A stretch of DNA of 64,000 bases from Clostridiales bacterium UBA1770 (GTDB taxonomy: Bacteria > Bacillota > Clostridia > Oscillospirales > CAG-272): contig DCGU01000080.1 of NCBI GenBank assembly GCA_002315325.1, positions 19,684-83,683 on the forward strand, read 5' to 3'. Every line of letters starts with the position of its first letter. The stretch's first letter is position 1. This document shows, piece by piece, positions 8,838 to 16,969 of the stretch. The notes below the pieces were generated by a model, which was given only the letters and a program-made list of their open reading frames with translations, made no database searches and had not been told where the DNA came from. Position numbers and translations under genes: made by a program.

Positions 8838-8865
8838 AACGGAGCAGAGATTGGTCTGCTCCGTT
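8838..8865 (-). terminator. Intrinsic terminator after the ferredoxin gene
   Basis: AACGGAGCAGA-6 nt-UCUGCUCCGUU (11 bp perfect), with a U-tract on the minus strand. Confidence 0.7.
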
Positions 8866-8877
8866 TCTTTTCATTGA

Positions 8878-9051
8878 TTATTTGTCCTCTACGGGAGCAC
8901 CCACAGGGCAGTTCTCAGCACAAGTGCCGCAATCAATGCAGGTATCAGCGTCGATAACGTACTTGCCGTCACCCTCGGAAATGGCGCCAACGGGGCAGCC
9001 TTCTGCACATGCGCCGCATGCAACGCAATCATCGGTAATTTTGTAAGCCAT
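8878..9051 (-). CDS. Clostridial-type 2x[4Fe-4S] ferredoxin (57 aa)
   Basis: Below the ORF-track size cut-off. The reverse strand encodes MAYKITDDCVACGACAEGCPVGAISEGDGKYVIDADTCIDCGTCAENCPVGAPVEDK, with two CxxCxxCxxxCP motifs. An AAGGAGG SD lies 7 nt upstream. Confidence 0.9.
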   Translation of the reverse strand: MAYKITDDCVACGACAEGCPVGAISEGDGKYVIDADTCIDCGTCAENCPVGAPVEDK

Positions 9052-9083
9052 GGTTATATCCTCCTTATTAGGTTTTCGTTTCT

Positions 9084-9111
9084 ATTGTATCACATTTTTA
9101 TAAAAAAGCAA
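9084..9111 (-). promoter_or_regulatory. Candidate promoter for the ferredoxin gene
   Basis: The reverse strand has TTGCTT, a 16-nt spacer and TGaTACAAT (extended -10). Confidence 0.45.
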
Positions 9112-9169
9112 CTGTTTTTTTGTGAAAAAATCGGGAGTGATTTTAAAAAATACTGCAGAGAATAGGAGG

Positions 9170-10528
9170 TCAGTTTCTGCCTCTCTTTTTGCCGCCCTCG
9201 TCATCGTCGTCGGGAGGCGGTGCTGCAAAGGAAATCACGCGGATTTGCGCTGCCGTGTAGTTCTTCACGGAATTGACGATTTCGTTGTTTTTATTTTTCT
9301 CCTGAACGGATACCTTCATGGATTCGGTCAGGGGTAAAAGACCGATGACGGTGCCGACACCGTCCGGCGTTTCCACCGTACTGCCGACCGGCGGCAATAC
9401 TTTCAGGGCGCTTTCATACGTGCTGTATTCATAATCCAGGCAGCACATCAGTCGGCCGCAGTTGCCGGAAATCTTGCCGGAGTTGAGCGACAGGTTTTGT
9501 TCCTTGACCATCTTGATGGCGACCTGCGTAAAGTCAGGCAGGAAGGTCGAACAACACAGGCGGCGGCCGCAGGCGCCCAGACCGCCCAACATTCTGGCCT
9601 CGTCGCGGATACCGATTTGGCGCAGCTCAATACGGGTGCGGAAAATGGACGCCAGGTCTTTAACAAGATCACGGAAGTCAACGCGCCCGCCCGAGGTGAA
9701 ATAGAATAACAGTTTGGTGCGGTCAAAGGCGTATTGCGCCTCCACCAGTTTCATATCGAGTTTGTGCGCTTCAATGCGTCCCTGTGCAATGGTAAACGCA
9801 TCTTTTTCTTTTTCGTGGTTTTCTGCGTTGGCAGCATCGTCTTCGGGCGTGGCGATACGGACCACGGTACGCAGCGGCTGTACGACGTTCTTTTCGGGCA
9901 CGCGTTTGTTGCCGAAAATGATTTCGGCGTATTCCAAACCGCGCGCGGTTTCCACGATAACGTGTTGCCCGGCGGTGATGGTCAGGTCCCCCGGTGCGAA
10001 ATAATAGGTTTTGCCTGCCGCGGCAAAACGTACGCCGACCACGACCGCGCAGGGAACGTCATCGGGATAGTCGTCCAGTTTTTGGAAAACGACGGGCAGT
10101 TCTGCCAGGTCGAATTCGGGGATGACAATCGGTTCTTCCGCCGGCTTCTTCTCGATAACGGCCTGTCTGCGTAACTCGTTTTCAAACGGCTGTTCCGTTG
10201 TCTGCTCGGGACGGTCTCGGCGGTCGCCGTGCCGGTTTTTGCCGTGACGGTCGTGCCGTTTGCCGTTGCCGTTTTGGTTATTGTTTTGGTTGCGGTTTTG
10301 CTGTTGCTGCGGCGCTTTGTCCGGTTTTGCGGCGTTCGCATTGTTGGTTGCAATGGTTTCGGTCGCCTCGGAACGTGCTTCCTGCATGACGGCGTTTTTA
10401 TTTTCGCCGTGCGGGCGATTCCCGTGATGGTGGTGACTGCCGCCGCGATGACCGCGATGGTTTCCGCGGGGGGCGCCGCTTTCGGCTCCGCCGTTATTTT
10501 GTACGTTGCGTTGGTTTTCGTTTTCCAT
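9170..10528 (-). CDS. ricT: RicT/YaaT (PSP1 C-terminal domain) protein with a long low-complexity N-terminal extension
   Basis: The core ...VVGVRFAAAGKTYYF...VIVETARGLEYAEI...DMKLVEAQYAFDRTKLLFYFTSGGRVDFRDLVKDLASIFRTRIELRQIGIRDEARMLGGLGACGRRLCCSTFL...LNSGKISGNCGRLMCCL aligns to B. subtilis YaaT. The ATG at 10528 (MENENQRN) follows an AAGAGG SD. It sits downstream of holB, as in Bacillus. Confidence 0.85.
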   Translation of the reverse strand: MENENQRNVQNNGGAESGAPRGNHRGHRGGSHHHHGNRPHGENKNAVMQEARSEATETIATNNANAAKPDKAPQQQQNRNQNNNQNGNGKRHDRHGKNRHGDRRDRPEQTTEQPFENELRRQAVIEKKPAEEPIVIPEFDLAELPVVFQKLDDYPDDVPCAVVVGVRFAAAGKTYYFAPGDLTITAGQHVIVETARGLEYAEIIFGNKRVPEKNVVQPLRTVVRIATPEDDAANAENHEKEKDAFTIAQGRIEAHKLDMKLVEAQYAFDRTKLLFYFTSGGRVDFRDLVKDLASIFRTRIELRQIGIRDEARMLGGLGACGRRLCCSTFLPDFTQVAIKMVKEQNLSLNSGKISGNCGRLMCCLDYEYSTYESALKVLPPVGSTVETPDGVGTVIGLLPLTESMKVSVQEKNKNNEIVNSVKNYTAAQIRVISFAAPPPDDDDEGGKKRGRN

Positions 10529-10565
10529 GAAAATGACCTCTTTTTCTGAAATGGAGTCGCGGTAA

Positions 10566-11597
10566 TCACCGCACAAGACCCGTGCCAAGTGCCAATCGGG
10601 ACATGGTTAGGGGAATATTGGCATTGCGGCGGACGATGGCGTCACGCGCTTCATCTACCGTTTGCCATAGGTAAAGCAGTTTTTTGGCAGATACCCGTTC
10701 CACCAGGAGCTCGGCAGCGTCGCGGTCCGTATAGAACAGCAGCGGTGCCGTTTCGTCTCGCTTGAGCAGGGCCAGGTCGCGCAGGGCCGTTTGTACACGT
10801 TCCAAACTCTCCCCCAAATCTTCTCGTTTGGAACCGAGTGCATCCAACAGCGGGAAGGCGGTTTCGGGGGAAACGGGACGAATCAGTGCCTCGGCAAATT
10901 TGGCGGCCGCCGTTCGTTTTTCAAGCAATACGGTGCGGGATTTGTCGTTCAAAAAGGATAGGGCACGGCCAATGGAGCCGTTTGCTGCAAGTGCAACCTG
11001 TTCCAACTCATCCTGCGCTGCGGCTGCAATGCCGCTTTGCCGCAGTGCCTTGATGGTGAGCGCGGTGTCAGCCGGTAATAATCGGAGAACCGGCGCACGG
11101 CTGCGTATCGTTTCCAACAGGACGGAAGCATCGGTACACAGGAGTAAAAACAACACGTAGGCGGGCGGCTCTTCCAGCGTCAGCAGGAAGGCGTTTTGCG
11201 CCGCCGTCGTCATCAATTGCGCGTCTTCAATGATATAGACCTTCATGGGGGATTCAATGGGGGCCAAAACTACGTCTTCCCGAACGCCCCGGATGGGGTC
11301 AATCCCCAGGGATGCTTTATCCGCTTCGCGATGTACGAAGCTCATATCCGGATTATTGCCGGACAGGATTTTTTTGCAGGCGGGGCAGTGCATACAGGGC
11401 AACGTTCCGCCCGGTTTTCCGCGTTCTTGACAACAAACGGACATAAACAGGCGCTGGGCTATCATGTGTTTCCCCATGCCGGCGGCGCCTTCCAAAATAT
11501 ATGCGTGATTTAACTTGCCTGTGTCGGCGGCAAGCCCCAACGTCCCGCAAAGAGCGTCATTGGCAACGACGTCGGGCATATAAACTCTGTCATTCAT
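10566..11597 (-). CDS. holB: DNA polymerase III delta' subunit
   Basis: NHAYILEGAAGMGKHMIA Walker-like motif, a zinc module CMHCPACKK, and YIIEDAQLMT. It is syntenic with ricT. Confidence 0.85.
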   Translation of the reverse strand: MNDRVYMPDVVANDALCGTLGLAADTGKLNHAYILEGAAGMGKHMIAQRLFMSVCCQERGKPGGTLPCMHCPACKKILSGNNPDMSFVHREADKASLGIDPIRGVREDVVLAPIESPMKVYIIEDAQLMTTAAQNAFLLTLEEPPAYVLFLLLCTDASVLLETIRSRAPVLRLLPADTALTIKALRQSGIAAAAQDELEQVALAANGSIGRALSFLNDKSRTVLLEKRTAAAKFAEALIRPVSPETAFPLLDALGSKREDLGESLERVQTALRDLALLKRDETAPLLFYTDRDAAELLVERVSAKKLLYLWQTVDEARDAIVRRNANIPLTMSRLALGTGLVR

Positions 11598-11630
11598 GTT
11601 GCGTGAACCAATGCGCTCCTTCTTTGCAAA

Positions 11631-13094
11631 TTAAGCTTTTTTTGCCCAGGTGCCCGGCAAAAACAACAGCAGCAGGGGATAAATTTCCAAACGTCCTGCC
11701 AACATATCGATCATCAATACGATCTTGCTGCATAAGGACGCGGCACCGAAATTACAGGTCGGACCGAAGGCGTCAAACCCGGGGCCGATATTATTCAAAC
11801 AGGAAATAACGGCGGAAGCGGAGGAAGTTAACGTCGTACAGGCGGGGTCCCCGGCAACAACCAAAAAACTGACCGCCATTATGACGGCGTAAATAATGAA
11901 ATACGTGATCGCAGCCGTAACGATTCGCTCGTCCACCGGCGTGCCGTTGATGCGAATAACCTGTACCTTATTGGGGTGCAGCATTTTCTGTATACTGCGC
12001 TTGCCGGCGCGGCACAGCAGCATCACGCGGGAACATTTCAGGCCGCCGCAGGTACTGCCGGCGCAGGCACCGAACAACATCAATACTAACAGTATCGCTT
12101 TGGATAGATTGGGCCACAGGTCAAAATCGGTCGTGGAATAGCCCGTGGTTGTGATAATGGACGAAACCTGGAAAAAGGCATGGCGCAGCGTTTCACCAAA
12201 GGTGCCGTACAGGCTGCGTACGTTGATGGTAATGATAATGGTTGCCGCAGCAACAATCAACCCGTACGCACGCAGTTCTTCATCGTGCCCTACGGTGCGG
12301 AACCGTCTCAACAGGCATAAATAATAGATAGCGAAATTGACGCCGAACAGCAGCATGAAAATCGACGTGACGTTTTGCACGTAGGGGGAAAACGAGGCCA
12401 TACTGTCATTCAAAATACCGAACCCGCCGGTGCCGGCTGTACCGAGCGCCGTGCACAGCGCTTCAAACGGCGTCATATTGCCGAAAAGTAAGAAAACGAA
12501 ATTGACAACCGTCAACGTTAAATAGATAGAATATAAAATACGGGTGGAATGCTTGATTTTGGGCACCAGTTTGCCGATGCTGGGACCGGCGCTTTCGGCA
12601 CGCATAACCTGCATATTGAGCCCTGCGTTGCGGGCATTGTCGGGGGCAATTGCCAAAAGAAGCACCAAAACGCCCATACCGCCGAGCCAATGGGTAAAAC
12701 TGCGCCAAAAGAGAATGGCATGCGGCAGACTTTCTACGTCGGACAGGACGGACGCCCCCGTTGTCGTAAAGCCGGAGATGGTTTCAAACAACGCATCGCC
12801 GAAATTGGGGATGGCACCCGAAATCACGAACGGCAGACAACCGATGACAGACAGCGCAATCCAGGAAAGCCCCGTGCTGACCATGGCCTCACGGGTAAAG
12901 AAACTGCGTTCCGCTCCGCGTGCCGTCAATAATAAAACGACTGCAATAACGGCAGCGGCGCCGACGGCAACGGCAAATCCCCAAAACACCTGCCGCTGTC
13001 GTGCAAACAGGGCCATGAACAGGGATGGGAGCATAAAGACAGCCTCGATGGCCATAATACTGCCGATAAATTTTCCGATTTGTTTATAGTTCAT
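11631..13094 (-). CDS. trkH: TrkH/KtrB-family potassium uptake membrane subunit
   Basis: A 487-aa polytopic protein with repeated M-P-M selectivity-like motifs (TTTGAS, TAGTGGFG, TTTGYST, GSTCGGLK). Confidence 0.85.
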   Translation of the reverse strand: MNYKQIGKFIGSIMAIEAVFMLPSLFMALFARQRQVFWGFAVAVGAAAVIAVVLLLTARGAERSFFTREAMVSTGLSWIALSVIGCLPFVISGAIPNFGDALFETISGFTTTGASVLSDVESLPHAILFWRSFTHWLGGMGVLVLLLAIAPDNARNAGLNMQVMRAESAGPSIGKLVPKIKHSTRILYSIYLTLTVVNFVFLLFGNMTPFEALCTALGTAGTGGFGILNDSMASFSPYVQNVTSIFMLLFGVNFAIYYLCLLRRFRTVGHDEELRAYGLIVAAATIIITINVRSLYGTFGETLRHAFFQVSSIITTTGYSTTDFDLWPNLSKAILLVLMLFGACAGSTCGGLKCSRVMLLCRAGKRSIQKMLHPNKVQVIRINGTPVDERIVTAAITYFIIYAVIMAVSFLVVAGDPACTTLTSSASAVISCLNNIGPGFDAFGPTCNFGAASLCSKIVLMIDMLAGRLEIYPLLLLFLPGTWAKKA

Positions 13095-13132
13095 AGGGTG
13101 GAAACGTCCTTTCCGGACGGCACGGTGCGCCG

Positions 13133-14491
13133 TCAGTCAAAGATATCGTTGATATTACGTACGATGACGTCGTCGCCGGTGACGATAACCATATCGTCGC
13201 CCTTGTCAAACGTTGTGGAACCGTTGGGAATGGTCGTGACGCCGGCACGCGTGATGGCAACGATCAGGATATTCTTTTTCAAGTGCAAATCTTTCAGCGG
13301 AACGCCGAGGTGGCGGGTGCTCTCATTAACGGCAAACTCCATAATGGTTGCCTGTCCGTCGGCAATCGTGTGCATGGACAGGGCAGCACCCTGCTGGTTT
13401 TGCATGGCACGGATATAGGTGACAATGGTATCGCTGGACAGGCGGCGCGGGCAAATAATCGAGCCGATGGGCAGATTATACAGCAGGCGCGAATTTTCTT
13501 CCCGCGACAACTTGGTAATGACCTGCGGCACGCCGCCGGCAGAACCATACATGGAAATGACCATGTTGAGTTCATCCATACCGGTCAGGGATACCAGCGT
13601 ATCGGTATCTTTGATACGTTCTTCATTTAACAGTTCGCGGTTGCTGGCATCGCCGCAGATAATATCGGCTTCGGGCAGCAGCGTTGCCAGTTCGTGACAG
13701 CGGTTCTCATCATTGTCAATCAGGCAAACGGCAATGTTGTTCGCCAGTAACTGTTTGGCCAAATAAAAACCGATGCGGTCGCCGCCGGCAATCATGACGC
13801 GGCGCACTTTTCGCGTGGTGATACCCAGATTTTTAAGCAGGGTGGGCAAAACGTCGGTGGGGGCAGTGACGAAAATACGGTCGCCCTCTTTGAGCATAAA
13901 GTTACCGCCGGGTGCCTCCGCACGGCCGTTTCGCACGACGGTGCAAACCAAAACGCGGCAGCGGACGCGTCCGGGCAGGGCAGACAGCGTAACGTTGCGC
14001 AGGGGACTGTCTTTATCCACCAATAATTCTACGATTTGCGCACGGCTTTTGGCCAGCGTTTCGCGTTTTAAAAAACCGGGATAAAAGACCAAATCGGCAA
14101 TTTCATCTGCAGCCTGTTTTTCGGGATTGATGGTCATGGACAGACCAAAATCTTCCTGCATCAAATAGGTTTGGTCCAAATATTCGGGGTCGCGAATACG
14201 GGCAATGGTATGAATGCGGGGATTGAGCTTGTGCGCGGTCAAACAACTTAACATATTGACGACGTCGTCACCCGTGGTGGCTATCAACAAATCCTGCTGA
14301 TAAACGTTGGCCAATTCCAACGCACGTTTTGTGGCGCAGTTCCCCTCAACAGTCATAACGTCATATCGGTCCACACCGGCGGACAATACGTTCGCATCGG
14401 TATCAATCAACGTGACGTCGTGCCCGTCCGTCGTCAATTGACGGCAGAGGGTGGAGCCGACTTTGCCTTTTCCCGCAACAACGATTTTCAT
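13133..14491 (-). CDS. trkA: Trk system NAD-binding peripheral subunit (two tandem RCK/TrkA-N plus TrkA-C units)
   Basis: MKIVVAGKGKVGSTL and a second VMIAGGDRIGFYLA Rossmann start. The ATG at 14491 is chosen over the longer track ORF. Confidence 0.85.
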   Translation of the reverse strand: MKIVVAGKGKVGSTLCRQLTTDGHDVTLIDTDANVLSAGVDRYDVMTVEGNCATKRALELANVYQQDLLIATTGDDVVNMLSCLTAHKLNPRIHTIARIRDPEYLDQTYLMQEDFGLSMTINPEKQAADEIADLVFYPGFLKRETLAKSRAQIVELLVDKDSPLRNVTLSALPGRVRCRVLVCTVVRNGRAEAPGGNFMLKEGDRIFVTAPTDVLPTLLKNLGITTRKVRRVMIAGGDRIGFYLAKQLLANNIAVCLIDNDENRCHELATLLPEADIICGDASNRELLNEERIKDTDTLVSLTGMDELNMVISMYGSAGGVPQVITKLSREENSRLLYNLPIGSIICPRRLSSDTIVTYIRAMQNQQGAALSMHTIADGQATIMEFAVNESTRHLGVPLKDLHLKKNILIVAITRAGVTTIPNGSTTFDKGDDMVIVTGDDVIVRNINDIFD

Positions 14492-14536
14492 GTTTCGGCC
14501 ATTCCTTCTAACATAATAATAAAAATATTTCATATA

Positions 14537-14565
14537 AGTATAACACAAAATGCCGTGAAATTCAA
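14537..14565 (-). promoter_or_regulatory. Candidate trkA-trkH promoter
   Basis: The reverse strand has TTGAAT, a 17-nt spacer and TATACT. Confidence 0.5.
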
Positions 14566-14648
14566 GTCGAGCGGTACACCGGTACTGCAGCGGGAAACGT
14601 AAGCGCCGCAGTGCGACCGCACCGCCCGTCAATTTGCACGGCGGGGAC

Positions 14649-14677
14649 TTGACACCGATGGGGTAAAACTATATAAT
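14649..14677 (+). promoter_or_regulatory. Sigma-70-type promoter for the GH78-like/GH38 pair
   Basis: TTGACA (14649-14654), a 17-nt spacer and TATAAT (14672-14677). Confidence 0.6.
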
Positions 14678-14740
14678 AAAACCCGTATATGGCGTTTTGT
14701 TATTGAACGTAATACGCGCTGAAAGGACCGAAATACTGCA

Positions 14741-16933
14741 ATGAAATTTCAACAGATTTTCGAGGATGCGCAGTGGATTGCCGCATCCGATTTTAACAAG
14801 TGCCCCGTCCTGTATCAAAAGTTTACCGTGAAGGGCAGTCCCCGCTCGGCGGAGCTGCGCATTTTGGGTTTCGGTACGTTTGAAGCGTATTTGAACGGGA
14901 AACGTGTGGGGGACGAGTGGTTCCAACCGCTCTCCACCGATTACGAGCAGCGGCAATGGGCGCCGGTCGGTGAACAGACTGCCTTCCGCACCATCGTGCC
15001 GCACTATCCCGTCGCCGATTTGCTGGTGCCGGGCGAAAACGTGCTGACCGTCATCCTGGGTAACGGCTGGTATTCTTTCCCCACCGACTGGAAAAAGACG
15101 TACGGCGGTATGAAGGCCGCATGGCGCCTTGCCTATGGTGACGATGAAGGTGATCATCGTATTTATTCCGCTACGGACAGCGTCGTTTGGCAGGATTCCT
15201 TTGTCAAAAAGAGTGAGTTGATCCGCGGGGAAGACCACGATTATAACGGCTGGGACGAAAAACTGATGCTGCCCGGTGCCGATTTGTCAGGACTCGAGCA
15301 CGTTGTGCCGGCACCTGCCCCAGAAAGCAATTTTGAATATTCCGACTGTCCTGCGGATAAAGTGGTCCGCAAAATCACCCCCACGGTCGTCAGCACCGAT
15401 GCACAGGGTACGCTGTACGATATCGGTATCAATACGAGCGGTGTGCCGGTCCTGCATTTTGAAAAAGGCGACACGTCGCTGGTTGAACTTTCCTTCAGCG
15501 AAGAACTGAAGGACGGTGCGCTCGATCCGTTCCACACCGGCCGTCAGTCGGCTTCCACCGTGAACGACGGCAAAGAACGCGACGACTGGATGCGTTACAC
15601 CTGGATTGCCTGCCGTTATATTTACGTCAAGGGCAGCGCAAAACTTGTGTCTTTCTGGCAGATTCACACGGCGGTTCAACCCGCTGCCGACTTTACCTCG
15701 GACAACGAAACGCTCAACTGGATTTGGCAGGCCTACCAAAATACCCAATTGTCCAATATGCATAGGGGCATTCCTTCCGACTGCCCGCACCTGGAACGCC
15801 GCGGGTATACCGGTGACGGTCAGCTCGTTTGCCGTGCATCCATGAAGATGCTGGCAGCCAAAGATTTTTACGAAAAATGGATTAACGATATTTCCGATTG
15901 CCAGGACCGTATCAGCGGCCACGTGCAGTACACCGCGCCCTACATTAAGAGCGGCGGCGGCCCCGGCGGTTGGGGCGGCGCCATCGTCTTCGTGCCGCTG
16001 GCATTTTGGGAAATCTACGGGGACGATCAATTCCTGGCGCCCATGTATCCGCAGATGCTGGAATACTTCCGCTATTTGGAGGCCCACAGCGAATACGGCC
16101 TTGTGACGTCGGATAAGGCAGGGGAGTGGTGCCTGGGCGACTGGTGTACCCCCGATCTTATCGCCCTGCCGGCCCCCTTTGTCAACAACTATTTCTACGT
16201 CAAAGCACTGGAAGGCGCCATCAAGGTCGCCAAACATATCGGGCGTGAGGCGGATATTCCCATGATGCTGGAACGCATCAACTACCGCCGCAGCGTCACC
16301 CGCGCCGCTTATATGAACCCGTTTGACGGCAACTTTATCGGCAACCGTCAGGGCGCCAACGGTTTTGCGTTGGATATGGGCATCGGCGACGAGCGCACCA
16401 AGAAGAACTTTATCGAGCATTATCAGGCAGACCCGTATTACGACACCGGTATCTTCGGTACCGAAATTATCACGCGGCTGCTGTTCGAATACGGCGAAGC
16501 CGAAACGGCCGTTGCCGTTTTGACAGCGGATGCACCGCACGGCTTCGGCGCATGGCGCAAATGGGGCTGCACGACGCTTTGGGAATACTGGGTCGTTTCC
16601 CGCTCTCACAGCCATCCCATGTTCGGCGCCGTGACCGAAAACCTGCTCACCGAAATTTTGGGCATCAAACAAACGGCAAATTCCCGCGGCTTTACCTCGG
16701 TTGTGATTCAACCGAAATTGGTGCCGCAGGTCAATCAGGCGCAAGGTTACGTGACCACCGCCTATGGCAAATTGAGCGTTGCCTTTACCAAAAAAGACGG
16801 CCAAGTTACCTATACGATCGACGTTCCTGCAGGTTTGTCCGCTACGTTGATTTGGGGTGAAGAGCACAAGGACGACCAACTCACCGTGCTGAAGGCCGGC
16901 GTGAACGTCGTTACTGCCGCCTGCAGCTGCTGA
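14741..16933 (+). CDS. GH78-like alpha-L-rhamnosidase family glycoside hydrolase
   Basis: The N-terminus has the ...LRILGFGTFEAYLNGKRVGDEWF pattern typical of rhamnosidase N-domains. SDCPHLERRGYTGDG resembles the GH78 DCPxRER-GWTGD motif. No signal peptide is evident. Confidence 0.7.
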   Translation: MKFQQIFEDAQWIAASDFNKCPVLYQKFTVKGSPRSAELRILGFGTFEAYLNGKRVGDEWFQPLSTDYEQRQWAPVGEQTAFRTIVPHYPVADLLVPGENVLTVILGNGWYSFPTDWKKTYGGMKAAWRLAYGDDEGDHRIYSATDSVVWQDSFVKKSELIRGEDHDYNGWDEKLMLPGADLSGLEHVVPAPAPESNFEYSDCPADKVVRKITPTVVSTDAQGTLYDIGINTSGVPVLHFEKGDTSLVELSFSEELKDGALDPFHTGRQSASTVNDGKERDDWMRYTWIACRYIYVKGSAKLVSFWQIHTAVQPAADFTSDNETLNWIWQAYQNTQLSNMHRGIPSDCPHLERRGYTGDGQLVCRASMKMLAAKDFYEKWINDISDCQDRISGHVQYTAPYIKSGGGPGGWGGAIVFVPLAFWEIYGDDQFLAPMYPQMLEYFRYLEAHSEYGLVTSDKAGEWCLGDWCTPDLIALPAPFVNNYFYVKALEGAIKVAKHIGREADIPMMLERINYRRSVTRAAYMNPFDGNFIGNRQGANGFALDMGIGDERTKKNFIEHYQADPYYDTGIFGTEIITRLLFEYGEAETAVAVLTADAPHGFGAWRKWGCTTLWEYWVVSRSHSHPMFGAVTENLLTEILGIKQTANSRGFTSVVIQPKLVPQVNQAQGYVTTAYGKLSVAFTKKDGQVTYTIDVPAGLSATLIWGEEHKDDQLTVLKAGVNVVTAACSC

Positions 16934-16969
16934 AATAAAGAATAATTAAACACTGAAAGGGTTAAAAAT

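Noticed and set aside
8776-8874. Longer N-terminus for the trmN6-like methyltransferase
   Set aside because: The extension would be translated through the ferredoxin terminator hairpin and has no SD. The GTG at 8775 has a GGAAGGAGGG SD.
14492-14640. c-di-AMP (ydaO/kimA-type) riboswitch upstream of trkA-trkH
   Set aside because: The predicted promoter leaves a leader of only ~40 nt, and none of the ydaO conserved segments are visible on the minus strand.
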